Shown: piece after piece, positions 1-14,700 of the stretch
Layout of the letters: every line of letters starts with the position of its first letter
Position numbering within the stretch: position 1 is the first letter of the stretch
Assembly (NCBI GenBank): GCA_973895155.1
Contig: OZ316894.1
Location: forward strand, 22,663,867 to 22,727,866
Reading direction: 5' to 3'
Length of the DNA: 64,000 nucleotides
From: Marsupella aquatica
Taxonomy: Eukaryota; Plantae; Marchantiophyta
The notes under the pieces: model-generated
Seen by the model: only the letters and a program-made list of their open reading frames with translations
Database searches by the model: none
What the model was told of the DNA's origin: nothing
Translations under genes and position numbers: made by a program

Positions 1-3000
1 GTTAACACGAGGAAATGGTTTGAACTTGGAGAAATGGTGACTGCACACACGGTGTAAACTAGTCACATAAACGTAAAGTTAACTGCCGTAAACTAGCCTG
101 TAGACATAAGAAATATAGTTACTTGGGAAATAGTGTGGGTAATACTGATTCATGTGCACTTCAGATTTTCACTTGATTTGAATGAGTTTTACTAGCACTA
201 TTTGCAGAGAATGGCTTAGTTAGGAGGCTCTTCAAGCTTTGGGTCCTCCTCTCAAGGGGTTCAATTAGTGTATGTTTTAGGATACCATTTGTGGTTCTAA
301 GATTATTACAGTACCCATAATTTAGACTTGAATCACATTTTTATTTTATAATATAAAAGGAAACCATTAGAAGACATAATAGTCTATCCAATCTTTTCCT
401 GCCTATAATTTTATCTTCTCATGTTGTCTCTTTTGGACGTTTTATGGATGTTATACGTTGCACTACATGGAGGGCTATCACTTGAGAAAGTGGCCCTTGT
501 GTTTGGTTTCGTGAAAGAAAGTCACAAGTGCGTGCCCCAGCCAGGAGTTTTGTAAGGCAACCTAAATCACCTGTACCTATCTGATCATGCCACTTTGCCT
601 AAACTGTTGGTGTGCTGGTGCCAAAATTACCATAGAGCGACTTAATCCAATTATTCTTGAGCACTCACTAATGAATCCCTTATGGTTGTGTGAAGGGTGT
701 GAAGTACCCTTCATTCGAGTTCTAACTTGGTTGCAGGCAATTGCTTGCTAGGTGTGTCTAATTTACTACTTCTGATGCACGACTATAATTAGGGCCCCCT
801 CTCAGTGTAATACTATCTTACACCCAACATAGCTGCCCAAGACTCATAGTCCAGGCCTTCACAACAGAACAGAGGCTTTAGTTTAAAAATGCTTTGCAAT
901 TAAATAGTTATCCACTGGAAAGACAATTCATTGTCAGTCCTATTAGCTCGTCCTAAACCATTGATCATGGGACAGGTATTAAATATGTTTGTCTTCCACC
1001 CATTTTCTACATATTCTTCAGAATAAGTGTGAAACTGAGACATCTAGAATGTACCCCACTATTTGGTTATTTTCAAACATGTCAAGCCGGCGCATATATC
1101 ACATTGCCAAAGTAGAGAAGGTGCCAACAGGGGGCCAATATAACAAAGGCATTGGTGTCAACTCACATGATTGGTCAGTAAATGAATACAATTTAGGCTT
1201 ATCTTGCATTCCAATAGTTGTTTTTGAATCAACCCAATCAGCATCTTCATTCAAATAAAACTCCTGCAATAGTTTTTTGAACTGGTGACACTTATAGCGC
1301 ATGCAAGGCTTAGGTTCTTGTCCGAAAGAGATTCATATCACTGAAAGCTGGTGCACACATTATTGGTCATTTCATGCAAGAACTTTAGTTGTAGCTATAT
1401 AGGAAAGTAAGTGCCATCAAATACAACAAAGTTTCCTTGGAATCAAATACAACAAAGCTTGAAAGCAATAATGCTTACAAAGGTGTATGGCCACTCTCAA
1501 AGACCTACAATATATTTCAGCACAATGATGTCACCAAAAGTATTCATGTCAAACACTAAACCTATAATGGACTATGGGTCTCCTATGTACACCAAATCCA
1601 ATCAATCACAGAAATATCCACTCCCAGATGGGTTGGAAGGACAATGATATACAAAGCAGTGGAGTATGATCAGAATAATTTCAGCTCCTACTCAAGGGTA
1701 CAAATGGCACCTTTTACTTTTTGCAACCATTTGGTGGAATTACAACCTCTCACTTCACTATAGACTTGAGACTTTTCATATTTGCCCCATGAGGAAGATG
1801 TTGTTGAGAGGGCCCATGCACCATGATAGAAAAAAAGCTAACTTTAGTCCCTCCTCTGTCCACCCTATTTCACGTGATACCTTGTTTGTTCATACTAGCC
1901 CGAATACCCCAGTTAATACACAGGAAGAGCCCCTGTTCTCCTCATTCCCATTCTTCCTCACACTCAAGCAGAATCTAAACAACAAAATTTGCTGATATGA
2001 ATTTGAGGCCTACTGTAGGTTTCATTCTATGGAATAGATCATGAATGGTAGACTTTGATCATGAGTAATATAGCATAGATGACAGAGTAGGTCGTGGCTA
2101 CCAAGCAACATAATCTTGCAAGATCAGGCAAAATGACCTCATGAGCATGGGAAAAACTGCTGCCCTAGACAAACTCAGCTGAACATGGCTACTACTGGAG
2201 AATATGTACAATCTAACCAATTTTACTAAAAAATTGTGAATGCAAGCTACTTTCAAGGGCTAGGGTCTAGAGTTACCCTTACAAAACTGAACTAGAAAAT
2301 AAGGATTAAACTGGAATATAAATAAGGACAAAGTGAGGATGAACAAAAAACAGGGATGGGGCCAATAGAAACGAGAGATAGCATAGAATTCCTTTTTTGC
2401 AAGATTTCTTTTGGGTTTCATCTCTATTTATGTTTAAGGAATGGGTAATCAGGCTAACACTAATAATGAAGGGTCTGTTTCGCTACCGTATTGAGAATTG
2501 GCTTGTAGCAAAACCGGTTTAGACCCATGCCCATAACTTGCCTGCCAATAAAGGAAAGAAACAAGTTATATGTTAATTACAAAGCGCAAAGGGAAGCTAG
2601 AGTTGGGGTCTGCGCTTCTAGAGTGAAACCTCTAGCCCCTGACCATAGAGCCCTGCCCAAATTTATGTGCATGGAAAAAGGATGCACATGGAGAGAATGA
2701 TGTATGTTAAAATGATAATATGTATGATTGTTATTATTCATCATTTCATTGACATTCAAACAATGGGCATTGACAGAGGCTAGTTCTTCTCAAAATTTCA
2801 AGGTGTTGAATGCAAAATGGTCACAAAAGTCATCCATGTGCCAAAATCACTAGGACATGCAAAGAGATTGTTGAGTAACATACAAGTTTTGGATGGAGGG
2901 TTGCACAAAAATGCATGTTGTGGTTCTATTTTGCTGCACCTAGGATGAGCTTCCCTTGTCTTCTTCTTTTTAAGTGAACGCGATGATGTACTGATTGCAG

Positions 3001-3544
3001 TCTAAGGCATCTGCAGCAAAGTCAGAGAGGAATAGAAAAACAACCACCTACGGGCCATGACAGAAGAAAGGGAGGAAACTGCAGCACCATCTGGCCACCA
3101 GGAGGTCCCTGCAACCCCAAGATTTATCTTAGGAAATTTTCATTCTTGTGTATACTAATTTTTTTAAGCTACTAGAAATAATTTGCTTAGAGAAGGGCAG
3201 ACTATTACACTTAGACTTCAATTTGAGATTTAGAGAGGACCCCCACAGAAAAGGTTTAGAAGACAAATTGTAGGGCAAGTTTGTCTATGCATTTAACCCA
3301 TGCGTATACTGATGTAGTCTTTCAAATGTAGTTTTGTGCAACTTACATATTTAGAAACTTTCAAAAGCGAACTAGCTGTAAACATGCAACCCTCTTTGTA
3401 TATGTCAAATGCCCCCTTTGTCATCATACTTATGAGCAGTGCATCCTAACTCATGATTTGACTTTCGTTACTTAGGCCACATATGCCACAAATAATGTCT
3501 GTAAATTTCATGTATAGTTTTTAAAGCAATGAACCTATCTATAA

Positions 3545-3600
3545 ACTTGGTTAGCCAGAGATACTTGGTTAGCCAGAGATACTTGGTTAGCCAGAGATAC
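3545..3600. repeat. Tandem repeat, 18-bp unit ACTTGGTTAGCCAGAGAT x3
   Basis: Three identical units read directly from the sequence. Confidence 0.9.
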
Positions 3601-4550
3601 CTGGCATATTCTGGGGTCAAAATGACGTACCAGAAAACTATGGGCGGGAATATTGGACCTTCAAAGTTTTCAGCTGATCGAAGTTGGACGAAACTTTCCT
3701 AGAAGTTTCAAACAAACTGAAGTCAGTACATTGAAAGTTGTGATTACTTTGAGAAACCTGACCACAGTTAATTTCCAATAATTATGTACACTTTGTTTTT
3801 GCTAATCTGGTAGTCCCTAGCGTAGTACTGGAGTGATGTACTGACAGGACGGGCAGTCGAGGAAGGTGGAAGAAAGAGGTGAAAAAGACAGAGGGGGGTC
3901 CCAACGCCAACGTGTTTGAGGCGACAGGGTCCGATAATCAGGCGATGCGGACGCGGCATTGGCCAATAAGTTTCCGTCTGACCCTACCACACAAACTCTC
4001 TGCTCTCACCAGCTGGAGCCCAGCACAACTCCTGCCTGCCTGCCCTTTCTCTCCCCTCCCCTTCCCATCATCCCTTTGCCCTGCCCGCTCCTGCCATACA
4101 GCTGCCCCAGGTTTGGGTAATCACCACGTGCCCGCTGGACGAAGAAAAAACTCTCGGAGCTGCCCAGCCCAGCCAAGGACTCGCGGGTGAGTCACCATCC
4201 CTGCTGCCCGCCAAAGCTTGAAACTCAAATATTATAATATACAACGCTGCTGCCCCAAATTTCGAGTATGATGAGTTTGCCCCAAGGGAACACAAATACC
4301 TGCCCATGGGACGAAGCAAAAGCTATCAGAGCTGCCCGGCCAGGCCACGGATTCAACCCATTCGCATATCGTCCCCCAGCGAAGCCCTGCCCGAGTCCCT
4401 ACCACGGTACCACCGCTGCTGCCCCATGGTTTGAGCATGACCAATTTTCCTCGTCTGGCTCACACCTGCCCGCGGGACGAAGGAAAAGCCACCCGAGCTG
4501 CCAAAGGACTCATCCCCCCGTTCCATTCCCCGGCCCGGGTCCTACCCTTT

Positions 4551-4669
4551 CTGCTGCCCGCGAAAGCTTGAAACTCCCGGCCATCGCTGCTGCCCGGGAA
4601 AGCTTGAAACTCCCGGCCATCGCTGCTGCCCGCGAAAGCTTGAAAACACCCGGCCATCGCTGCTGCCCG
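4551..4669. repeat. GC-rich minisatellite, 36-bp unit CTGCTGCCCGCGAAAGCTTGAAACTCCCGGCCATCG x3.3, upstream of the CIP7-like gene
   Basis: Units start at 4551, 4587 and 4623, with a partial at 4660. A dispersed partial copy sits at about 4201-4226. This explains the AAARESLKLP repeat in spurious ORF 4268-4831. Confidence 0.9.
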
Positions 4670-5733
4670 GGTAATAAGCAAGCAAGCAAGCCTAAACTCG
4701 TGCCACCGCTCTGCGCGGGCAAGGCCCGCACTGGCTTGCCCGTCTGCCCGTCTGCCTGCCTGCCCGTTCGCCAGCCCGGACTGACAACGCCCCTCTCTCT
4801 CCTCTCCTCTGCTGGTCAGGTCAGGCTTTGAGCCTTTTCCCCCTTTTCGCACTACGCTGCAGCCTTTCGGATTGGAAGCAATTGTACTACTGTACCCCTC
4901 TTCTTCTCCTCTCTCCTCTCCTCTCCTCTCCTCGTTGGTTCGTTCGATCGTTCGTTGGATCGAGAGTTCTGTTCATGATTCTTCCGTCTCCTCCGTTTCT
5001 CCCCCATTCTGCTGTCCCCATCGATTTTCCTCACCTTCCCCTTCCCCTCCCTTTCGGTTCGCACCCTGTTTTGCTCATTGCATCATCGGTCGATCGATCG
5101 ATCTGGTCGTGGGTTACGTCTCGTTTGCTCCTGCCTCACTGGAATCGATTCGACGTGCTCCTCGTGACAATGTGGTGATGAAGGTGGTGTTGGTGCTGGG
5201 CGACAGAGGTGTGCCTGGATTGGGACGGTATTGATTTGGTCCCCGCACTCGAAGCTACAACACAATCAGAGCGGGGTTGGTGTTGATGTTGTTCTGTTGC
5301 TGGGTGGATTCAGCTCGATAGAATGGTGGGTGTGGTGGTGAGCAGGAGGGAATGTGAGAGGTGATGAGGAGGAAGACGGAACCGGACTTAATGGCTTGAT
5401 AGCGGCAAGCGAGGTGATTGAGGAAGAGGAAATTATAGGCTGGAGATGGAGGGCGAGGGAGATAGGGTGGCGAGGAGTAGCAGGGTGGGACGAGGAAGAG
5501 GGCGGAGAGGAGTGGAGAGGCAATGTGGAGACGTGTCTTGTGCGGGAGTGCTGATCGATGTGTACAGAGGAGCGTTGCATCGAGGGAGGATGCCGATGTA
5601 GGAAGCGTTTGCATTGGCGTTGGAGTAGCGTGGATTCCTTCGTCGTGGATGCCTTTGGTGGGGTTGCTGTGGATGGCGAATGAGTAGCAATTACTTTGTT
5701 AGATTCTGCTCTGATCTCGAGCGAGGTGCTGCA

Positions 5734-8700
5734 ATGAGGTCCGAGACGCGCCTAGATTTCGCCGTGTTTCAGCTCACACCAACACGGACACGGTACGGCA
5801 CTGGCCGCCATTCCCCTGGGATTATCAGCTCAGCTCCTGCATTGCCACCCATGTTGTTGTACTGTCAATGCTGCAGCTGTCAATTAATTGGAACTGCCGC
5901 TCCCTTCCTCTGGGTTTGACAGTTTGTTTCTCTCTCGGGGGATTGTTTTAGTTCCTGGGGATTGAGCTGGCTTTTAGCAGAGGCTAGTTCTCCACCGTGA
6001 AAGCGGATGTCATTTGCCTCCCGCATTTCCTATTTTCTATCTAACCCGTGTCTAAGAGGGAGAGGGTGATCCGTGATTTTCTGCTCCACTTAGATATATG
6101 TCCTTCGATTTGAGTTTTGCTCATTGGTGATTTTCTGGTCCACTTTGATACATGACATGATACATGATTCCGGGCTCTGTTACGTAGTCAGAACTGGCCC
6201 CCGTTTATCTTTTAAGATACGCTCTTGCTCTGCCAATCCGATAGTTGGCAGGGCAAGCTTGAGAAGAGTATGATGAGATCGTTCAGTTCGTCTGCATTTT
6301 CCATCTGCAACCTTCTAGTGGTGCCGTTCGCTCCCTTGACGGATGTCCTGAAAGTAGTTGTTCACCAAGGAAAACCGTTTACCCGACCCTGAATTAGCTT
6401 CCTTGTAAAGTCGCACTGCTATTAGCCTCAACTACCTTACTACACTTATACAGCCGGACCTGGACAGTGTTGACATTGCCCGGTTTTTATTTTAGCCTTC
6501 GGCATTGTGGTTTTTCATCTCTTTATTTGTTTCCTTTCCTTTAGTTCACGTAGGGTTATCTGACGGTTGTTGTATTCCTGCTCCAGGTGTGAGCTCCAAG
6601 TCTCAGCTGGGGGTGTGAGGGAAAAGCTTGCTTCAGGCCTGCTGAAGCCATTCCTAGCACACTTGAAGGCTGCAGAAGAGGAGATTGAGCGAGGTGGGTA
6701 CTCCATCAAGCTGGTGCCTTTCTACGCTGACTCGGACGCCAATGGAGCAGCTTGGTTCACGAAGGGGACCGTGGAAAGGTAAGCTCGCTTTCCATGAGAT
6801 AGCGATGGCCTCTGTGATGTCTATCACCGCCCCGATAAGCCGATGAACCAGACCGGCTACCATTTACCTGTGCTGTAGACAGGGCTGGACTTCAATTAAG
6901 GCCTGTCCTAGATTTCCTGATGGGTCAGAATAATGTCTCGGGGCCACATTGCTGATCACCGCACGCGGAGACGTCGCATTCAACAGAACTGGCGGTAGGG
7001 TTTAGCCGTGCTCCATCTTCAACCTTCTGGCCGTGACTTTTGTTGGGGTGCTCGTTTCGAGACAGAAACTGCTCGACGAGGGCCTTTCCGGGCCATGTTA
7101 GCCGTGATTGTCACCTTCATCTGCGGGATGGGGTCAGGAGCTCGAGTTTTCACATTGACTTCCAGTTTCGATGCGATTCCCTGCTCGTGCTGTTTGAATC
7201 GCATCGTCCATCGCACCTTCCACAACTGTGACTAAAGTGAAGATAAAGAATTCCAGCAGTTTTCGTGGAGTTGTTGAGAGTTTTACGATGGAGGAAGTAC
7301 GCGAACATTGGAAGTCGCTGGCGTTTCGTGTCATGCTCTGCTTTTCTGATTTCACCCTTTTCCCCTTAATGATGCAGGTTTGTCCGGTTTGTCAGCACCC
7401 CGGAAGTACTCGAACGTGTTAGCTCGGTGGAGGCCGAGCTTGTTCAAATCGAGGAAGCGATCAGCATCCAGGCTAACGAGGCACGGGTATGAATGACTTG
7501 ATTTTTCATCAATGTGGGTCGTAGTGAACAGATAAGAGGTTTCCTTCCCGAAGCTCCGTCTCTGCTATTGTCTCGTCCCGTGGTGTATATTTTCCGTGAC
7601 AATCGAACTTGCACATGTCTGGCTGCAGGTCGATGAACAGTACTTGCGAACTCCTTCAACTCCTCCACAAGGTGAACACGAAAGCTTCTCACACTCGTCG
7701 ATGCAAGTGATATTTTGACGTCCTTAGCAGATGTCTGAACGTTTTTTGTTGGCAATGCACTACACGCCGGATCGAGGTCGAGGTCCTGTGTGTTTGTCCT
7801 GCCGGAGATATTCTTCCAAGTTTCCACTCTGCGACGTCTTTTCTCGGAGGATCTGGAAGCCCGTCGGCAGGCGATCAGAGTGACCTCTTATGGGGTAGTC
7901 ATTGTGTAGTATTTAGCTTCAATGTGTTTGGTTGACATTGTCAGTGATGTCACCATGACCATTTTACTAGGAGCAACTTGGCTGGCAGTTCTTGATGGGT
8001 TGGTTTGTAACAACACAAAGGTGAGTTATCTCTGCGTCGAGGAGAGAGCCTCCTAATCCGAGGAAAAATCCCCCAGGGATCTGATCCTGTGCTCGCACGC
8101 CGGATTTCCGTTGGCTAGAATCGCAATTGCGTCATTTCAAGAGGATTGGGTCATCACTGAAATCGACCTGGGAGTCCTTGAATTCATGCCCTTGTTCTGA
8201 TTCTCTGCTATCAGGGGCTCTGACAGCTTTTTTGGTCTATAATTACCTTTCAACCTTAGATCCAGGGACGTCTCATTAGTGGATAATCTGTACATCCATG
8301 AAGGCCACCGAGTATGTTCTTTCGCGGAAGGTGGCATCCCAACCAGGTTGACGAGTAGCTCATCGTCCCTGAGGCCTTGCCGTAGCTCTCGAAGCTTCCT
8401 GACTGGCCTACGCCTATTCTCAGACTAGTAAACCTATTATCTTGTCAGTGGATGGCCATTCGTGACCCAACCGGGTCTTGCTTCGGGCTATTCTCTCCTT
8501 ATTTTGCTTTCAGGCATACCGGCTTTTCAAATTCACATGCGAATCGACAGTGAATTGAAACTCTCGCCACAACTATTTTTATGAAACGATTTTACCAAGA
8601 TTTCTTAGATGAAGTCTCTGGAGGAGTGATCATGACCAGCTTACTGACTGCAATTGTATTTCATTGCTTTAGCCGGGTTTGTCACATTCATTCACAGAAA

Positions 8701-11700
8701 GTTCAGGTGGCTCTAAGTTGAGGCTGTATTCGTGTGATCCATGGGAGATGACCACATTGGGTTTGAAGACACAGAATTTGACGTATGACCTCCTTTGTTG
8801 TTCTATTTTGCAGGAGGATATGTTGTGCCAGGCTTCAACTTGGAAAAGGGATTGTCTGGGAAGGTTAGTGCTGACTCAACCGGTTCCGCTGGTGTTCACT
8901 GCATTTACAATGAGCTGCATTTTCTTATGACCTTGTTTGTATCCTGATTGTGTCATACAGGCTCGACGCAACTCGATTGATGGCGCCGATGTCACTGGAG
9001 GGGATAGCTCTAAGTAAAGCTCGAATCTAATCTCCATAAACTCTGAATCAGAGGACCTAGGTTGCTAGAATTTGGATTTGGTGATGTCTTCTCTGCACGA
9101 GGTGTCGATCGGTCATCTTGTTAATTCGAGTGTTGTATAAAAAATCCCTTCAGGTGGCGGTTGCTCCGAGCAATGGATGCCCGTCGTCTTATGCTGCAAA
9201 AGGAGCAAGGGATGGCCTTCGCTCGTGCGGCTGCTGCAGGTTTTGATAGGGAGCATATGGAAGATCTGATTGCATTTGCGGACTGCTTTGGAGCATCTCG
9301 TTTGAGGTACTGCGTCCCGCTCAATTGTTGCTCGGTTGTTTTGTGGTGAAAGTGGTTCATTCGAGTCTAGCTCGAGTTCATTCGAGTCTAGCTTGAGTTC
9401 TTTCGGATTTTATTATTTTTCCATTTTCCGGTTGCTAGTACGTTGCTGTACTCTGTGTAAGCCAATCTTGGAGCTGTTGAGATGGCCGCCCAGTTTCCTT
9501 GCTGAAAATCTTTTCTGATGAGATTAAAATAAGTTCATGTCTATTTCTCTGCAAGGTTATCCTCTTGAGAACATGCGGATGAATAGAGGTGATAAGAGCT
9601 GTCGTTCTGATCTGCAGGGAGGCATGTGTGAAGTTTACTGCATTGTGCAAGAAAAGACAAGAGGCTGGAATTTGGGTAGAGGAGATGGAGCTGGCAGCTG
9701 CGGAGGCAGCTGCAATTCGTCCCGAAGGGGTAGCACATTCTGGTGCTGAGTTTGGAACTTTCATTAGAGGGAAGGATTACTCTGATGCTTGGTCCGATGT
9801 GCACAGTGAAGGTGGAGAGGAGTTCCGGGACGATGTGAGCATGCGGTCTCACAATAATTACTACCGAGAGGGAAGAGGTTTTACCGGTGATGATGATTCT
9901 AAGAGGAGGAGAAGTCTCCCGGACGACGGTCTGGCTGATGGGAATGGAGATTATGGATCAGCAGGTGGACCAGGATATCGACCCCGGAGATACAGTCAGG
10001 GTGGTGGGATGGTCCCTCCCAGCATTGATGAGTTACAGGCAACACCCTATTCACATGACATGTTGGGGAGACCGTATGTGCTGTCTCCTGGAGGTTATGC
10101 TGGAGGTAGGGTATCGATGGATGGTGTCTACCAAGGCGAGAATGTGGGTGGATATGATTACAGGGATGGGGATAGAAGCCATGGACATGGTGCACGACCA
10201 AATGTGGCAAATCAGTCCCCCAGGTATTTGGCAGGCTACCATGCGATCTCACCTTCGACAAGTCCAGGCCAAAGAATGCCGGGGGGTGGTTGGGTGCAGG
10301 GTGGAGAAGACGATCAAGGCTACGACCCTCGAGGTCATTACGGATCTGCCTATCCTGTTGGACGAAGTCCACACGGTGCTATTCCCTATGGCCTTCATAA
10401 TTCGTACGGTAATTCTGGTCCACCTCACCACGCTGGCTATCCTGACAATTCTGGTAACTTTCAGTGGAGACAAGCTGAGAATCATCCAAACTGGGCTCCA
10501 ACACATCCACAATCCCAGTACTGGCAAGGAAATGGTGGATACAATGACAATTCTGGGCAGGAAATGAGAGGCCCACAGACCAGTAATCAGTCACACGCAG
10601 ATCTTCCTCGAGGACCTGAAGGTCATTACCCAAATGGGTCTCCTGGTTATTCTCGAGACTCTCAGGGTCAACATGGCAACCAATCTCTCGATGGTGTGGT
10701 TCCTTCCAGAGCATTATCGGCACCTGCTGGTGATATTCAGAGGAGTCAGGCTGCCCTGGTGGAAGGCTATGGTGATACTCTTGTGGGAAATGGCCAGCAT
10801 GCAGAGGCCCCACCTGTACAGTTGGAATCCAGTTCGTCTGGAATTGAGCTGTCAAATGCAAGCGAGAAGCCTTCATTACAAAATATGAGTGTGGACCAGG
10901 AGGCACAGTCACCGGTCCAGTCACCAGTCGGGAAGCAATCTCTGTCACCAATGGATGCATCTAATAGGCGATTAGCACGAAGGTCCACATCACCCAGGCG
11001 AAGGTCTTCTTCCCCTCTTCGAAAGATACAGGTTGGGAGATCTGGTTCAAGGCGTTCAGGGTTGGTTGTAATCCGGAATATTAATTATATAACTAGCTCA
11101 CAAGATAAGAACAGAGAGAGGGGTAGTGACGATGATTCCGATGGGAATGAGAGTGGCGACGACGAGGAAACCAGGCAGCAGAGAAGTGATAATGTCCGCT
11201 TCAGTGTCAAGGACGCCATCAACCTTTTTGAAAAGAAAAAGCCAGACCGTGGTGAATCTGGAAGCAAGAAGTTGGGAAAGCAAGACAGGGGATCCTCAGA
11301 AAGTGGTGGTTCATCCTATAATGAGAAGCTTTCTTCCTCATTCAATGACCGAGTGAAAAGATGGAGTGGAGTAAGTGAGCAGAGTAGAGACACCACCGCG
11401 AGACAAGCTAAAGGCAGCACTCTTGTTGATGATCAGGATTCACTGTCCAGGCAGGAAAGCAGCACTATTGATCAGGAGAGGAGCTTCTCAGGTATCGACG
11501 CAGAAGAGCAGGAAGCTGAAAGTGGCCTCTCTCGTTATGTTCAAGAGGAGGTGCATCAGGAGGAGGAAGGAGAGGTCGTTGAGGAGCACATAGGCTCAAA
11601 ATTTCAAGCAATGGACTCGGATGTCTCTGTCTTACCGACAAGAGGACAGAATGGCCGCAGCGCCGGAAGGTCGTTGGCTCAGTTTGAACCAGAGCCTTTC

Positions 11701-14700
11701 CTGAAATCTCGACCCCAGAAAATGCGAAATAATGTCTCGCATGGAGAAGAAATGCTCTTGCCAGTAAGAGATGGAAAGGATGACTACAAGAATTCCAGGT
11801 CTTTTAATTCTTTTGAACAACAGGGGGCTTCTCATCAGAAAGAAAGTGGAGTGGATGATTCTTTCATTCTCCCGGAGCGTGGTGGTGCTGACAAGAAGCA
11901 GAGAGGCAGTTGGGTCGTGAATCAGGAATCAGAGTCCAAAGTTGCCGCTCCCTTCACAGAACTGCCCACGAAAGAAAGTCTCGGTGATGATTCCTTTATT
12001 GTCCCAACGAGGAGTTTGGTCCAGGGGAAAACAACAGCACGGGTGATGACCGCTGACATTCAAGAGTCAGGGGTCCGGGCAGATCAGCAGAACACAAACA
12101 ATGGGAATAAGGTTCCTGACAATTCCATCAGTTTTGCTCCTGAGGATCTGATGTACATCCCTGAGCGCAACACTGGAAGGGAGTCAGTCGGTAGACCTTG
12201 GAGCGCTGCTGATTATGATATGGAGTTCTATGCTGATGGAGTTGACGGAAAATACCAAGAGGATGAAGATCAGACTGTTGTCGGTGACAGTGATGCTCCG
12301 GCAGATCAACAAGGAAGGTTCTATGAGCAGTACAGAGAGAAGCGAGATGCGAAGTTAAGAGAAGAGCCTGGATCAAAGAGAGCGGAGAGGGAAGCAAAAC
12401 TTAAAGCTATGCAAGAAGTTTTGGAAAGGAGGAAAGCAGAAATGGCTTCCAGATCCGGAAAATCGGCTGAGAAGTACGCTTGCTCAGCTGATGCACAGCA
12501 ACGTGCTGAAAAATTGCGAGTTTTCAAGGCTGGTCTTCTTAAAGCCAAGAAGGAGAAGGTACATGTTTGAGCTGCAATTCCTGATTTTGCTGATGGATTT
12601 CTCTTTTTTGTGAACATTACTAGATACAAATTTTTCTCCTGATCGTTATTGGATGCACATCTCTTCATGGATGGATATCTGCTTTCCCTTGCTTTCTCTT
12701 TACACTAGCTTGAAGGCGTATTAGTTGTTTGGGTAATGATTTCAGGAGGAGGAAGAGAGGAAGCGTATCGATGATCTGAGGACGCAGAGAAGAGAAAGGA
12801 TTGCAGCGAGGGCAAGTCCAACAGGTTCATTGTCAGCTGCCTCTACACCACGTGCAACAAGACAAGCACCATCCACCCCTAAGTCAAATCCACTGCAGAG
12901 ACTCTCACCATCAAAGAACGCAAAAGCTGCAGCAACAGCCCGTGCCCTCATTTCGTCGTCGCCTAAAGCATCTTCTGGACGATTGAGCGCGGTTGGTGTC
13001 CCTTCCACCCAACGAGCTGTGAAGAGCGCCTCAAGTCAAGGTACACCCGACAATCCCCTCAGCCGGTCTGTCCCTTCCCTGGTGGACTTGCGGAAGGAGA
13101 ACACTAGGCCTTCTTCTGGCCGTAGCAGTTTGAATGACAAGGTTGGAGGCTCTGCACGGATTCAAACAAAAATGGTCAGTACTATGCATCGGTCGAAAAG
13201 CGCAAATGATGCAGCCCCTCTAGAAGCTAACGGAGTTGTTCACTCCCGCTCAATCTTAAGACCTACAATATCTGATGAGAAGAAGCGGCGGTCTCTGTCA
13301 GCGAGGAAAAGTATCTCCACAGCATTTGAGCTTAAGTCCGCAAGCACTGGGACAGAGAATGGCTCAACCCCTCAAAAGGTTTCCAAAGACGCCATGTCTG
13401 GAGTGGTTTCGAAGGTCAAGAAAAGTATCCTATCAACAGTAGCGCACGACGCTAAGCCTTTCCTACGAAAAGGGACTGGAATTGGGCCAGGAACCGGACC
13501 GGTTGTTCGCAAATTGAAGGCTTCTCAAGTATCAGATACTCCCCGAAGTTCAGATGAAGATGCTAAAGAGGATCCATGCTCTGGGCCTCCACAGGATTCA
13601 GTAGAATTGAATGGAGAGCAGCCCAAAGAAGAAGCTGAAGTGATGTTTGAAGAGACCGGGAAGCTTGGTGACCCAATGGAGTTAGGAATCCAGCAGGGGC
13701 AGTTGTTGATAGAAGATCGTAAAGAGGAAATACGGGATACTCGAGAAAGGGCGGACAGCACTCCTGATTCTAGATCAATACAAGAGCCTTTGTCATCTGC
13801 AACTGAATCCAGACAGGGTGTTGTCACTGAGGTAGCGCCAGACGCTCTGCAAGAGATGCATACAGGCTCACAATCAGAGAACGGTGACTTTTCCAGCGAT
13901 CCATATGCTGTCTTCCAAGGGAGTAAAGGTGGTGATATTACTAGTGAACTTTTAAATTCACCTTTGCGCACTTCGTCAGCTCCAGCCGCTGAAGCTAATT
14001 TGAATCGGCGTATGCCTTCTGCCCCTCCTACGCCTCCCTCACCAGTGGGGTCGCATTTCACAGCATTTCCCGTTTCTGTTCAGGAGGATTATAATGCTCC
14101 TCGTGCTCTAGCTTCACCCTCCCCGTCTTTAGCACCTGTGGCACCCAATATCGAGGATTACGAATTTATTTTGGCGTCTCCATCAGATACAGTTGTCCCT
14201 GAGGAACTTGGCACATCCACGGCTGCAGTCACCTCATCACCTGTAGGAAGTCCCACATCCCAAAGCTTCCCACAGCTGCAGCGCTCAGTTTCACCTAGTG
14301 CCAACAAGGCGGATGGAAATAAATCACGCAAGAAATGGGGTGGTTCTCAAAAGTCAAGTTCGTCAAATGCCCAACAGAGCTCCAAGGATGCGCCAAAGGG
14401 TTTCAAAAGACTCTTGCATTTCGGCAGAAGAAGTCGAACATCTACCCCCAGCGCAAACGAGTGGGTCTCAATTTCGACTGCTTCTGAAGGTGACGACGAC
14501 ACAGAAGAGACCAAGGTTCGTCGTAACCTATCTGGAGAGGTCCCAAGCAAGAAGGACGACCTAAACTACAAAAACTCAAGACAAAAGGCAACTGTGAATG
14601 GCAATAATAACAACTTGAGGTATATGGGTGACAGTCCTGATGCATCGTCAAGAGCTGCTGATATCGATGGTGCAACTGATCGAGGAGCTGGTAAGGGAGC

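Noticed and set aside
1-2300. Possible decayed transposase or other coding relic on the minus strand (e.g. MRYKCHQFKKLLQEFY...)
   Set aside because: Only short, stop-ridden fragments with no motif I can assign.
2595-2655. tRNA-like segment on the minus strand (GGGCTCTATGGTCAGGGGCTAGA...)
   Set aside because: No intact B-box, cloverleaf or TSD; at most a decayed SINE head.
4268-5690. Many overlapping 60-190 aa ORFs
   Set aside because: They come from GC-rich repeats, a CT microsatellite and purine-rich 5' UTR sequence, with no protein motifs.
7481-7486. Possible GC-AG donor at 7481
   Set aside because: A canonical GTATGA donor at 7487 gives the same phase and is more parsimonious.
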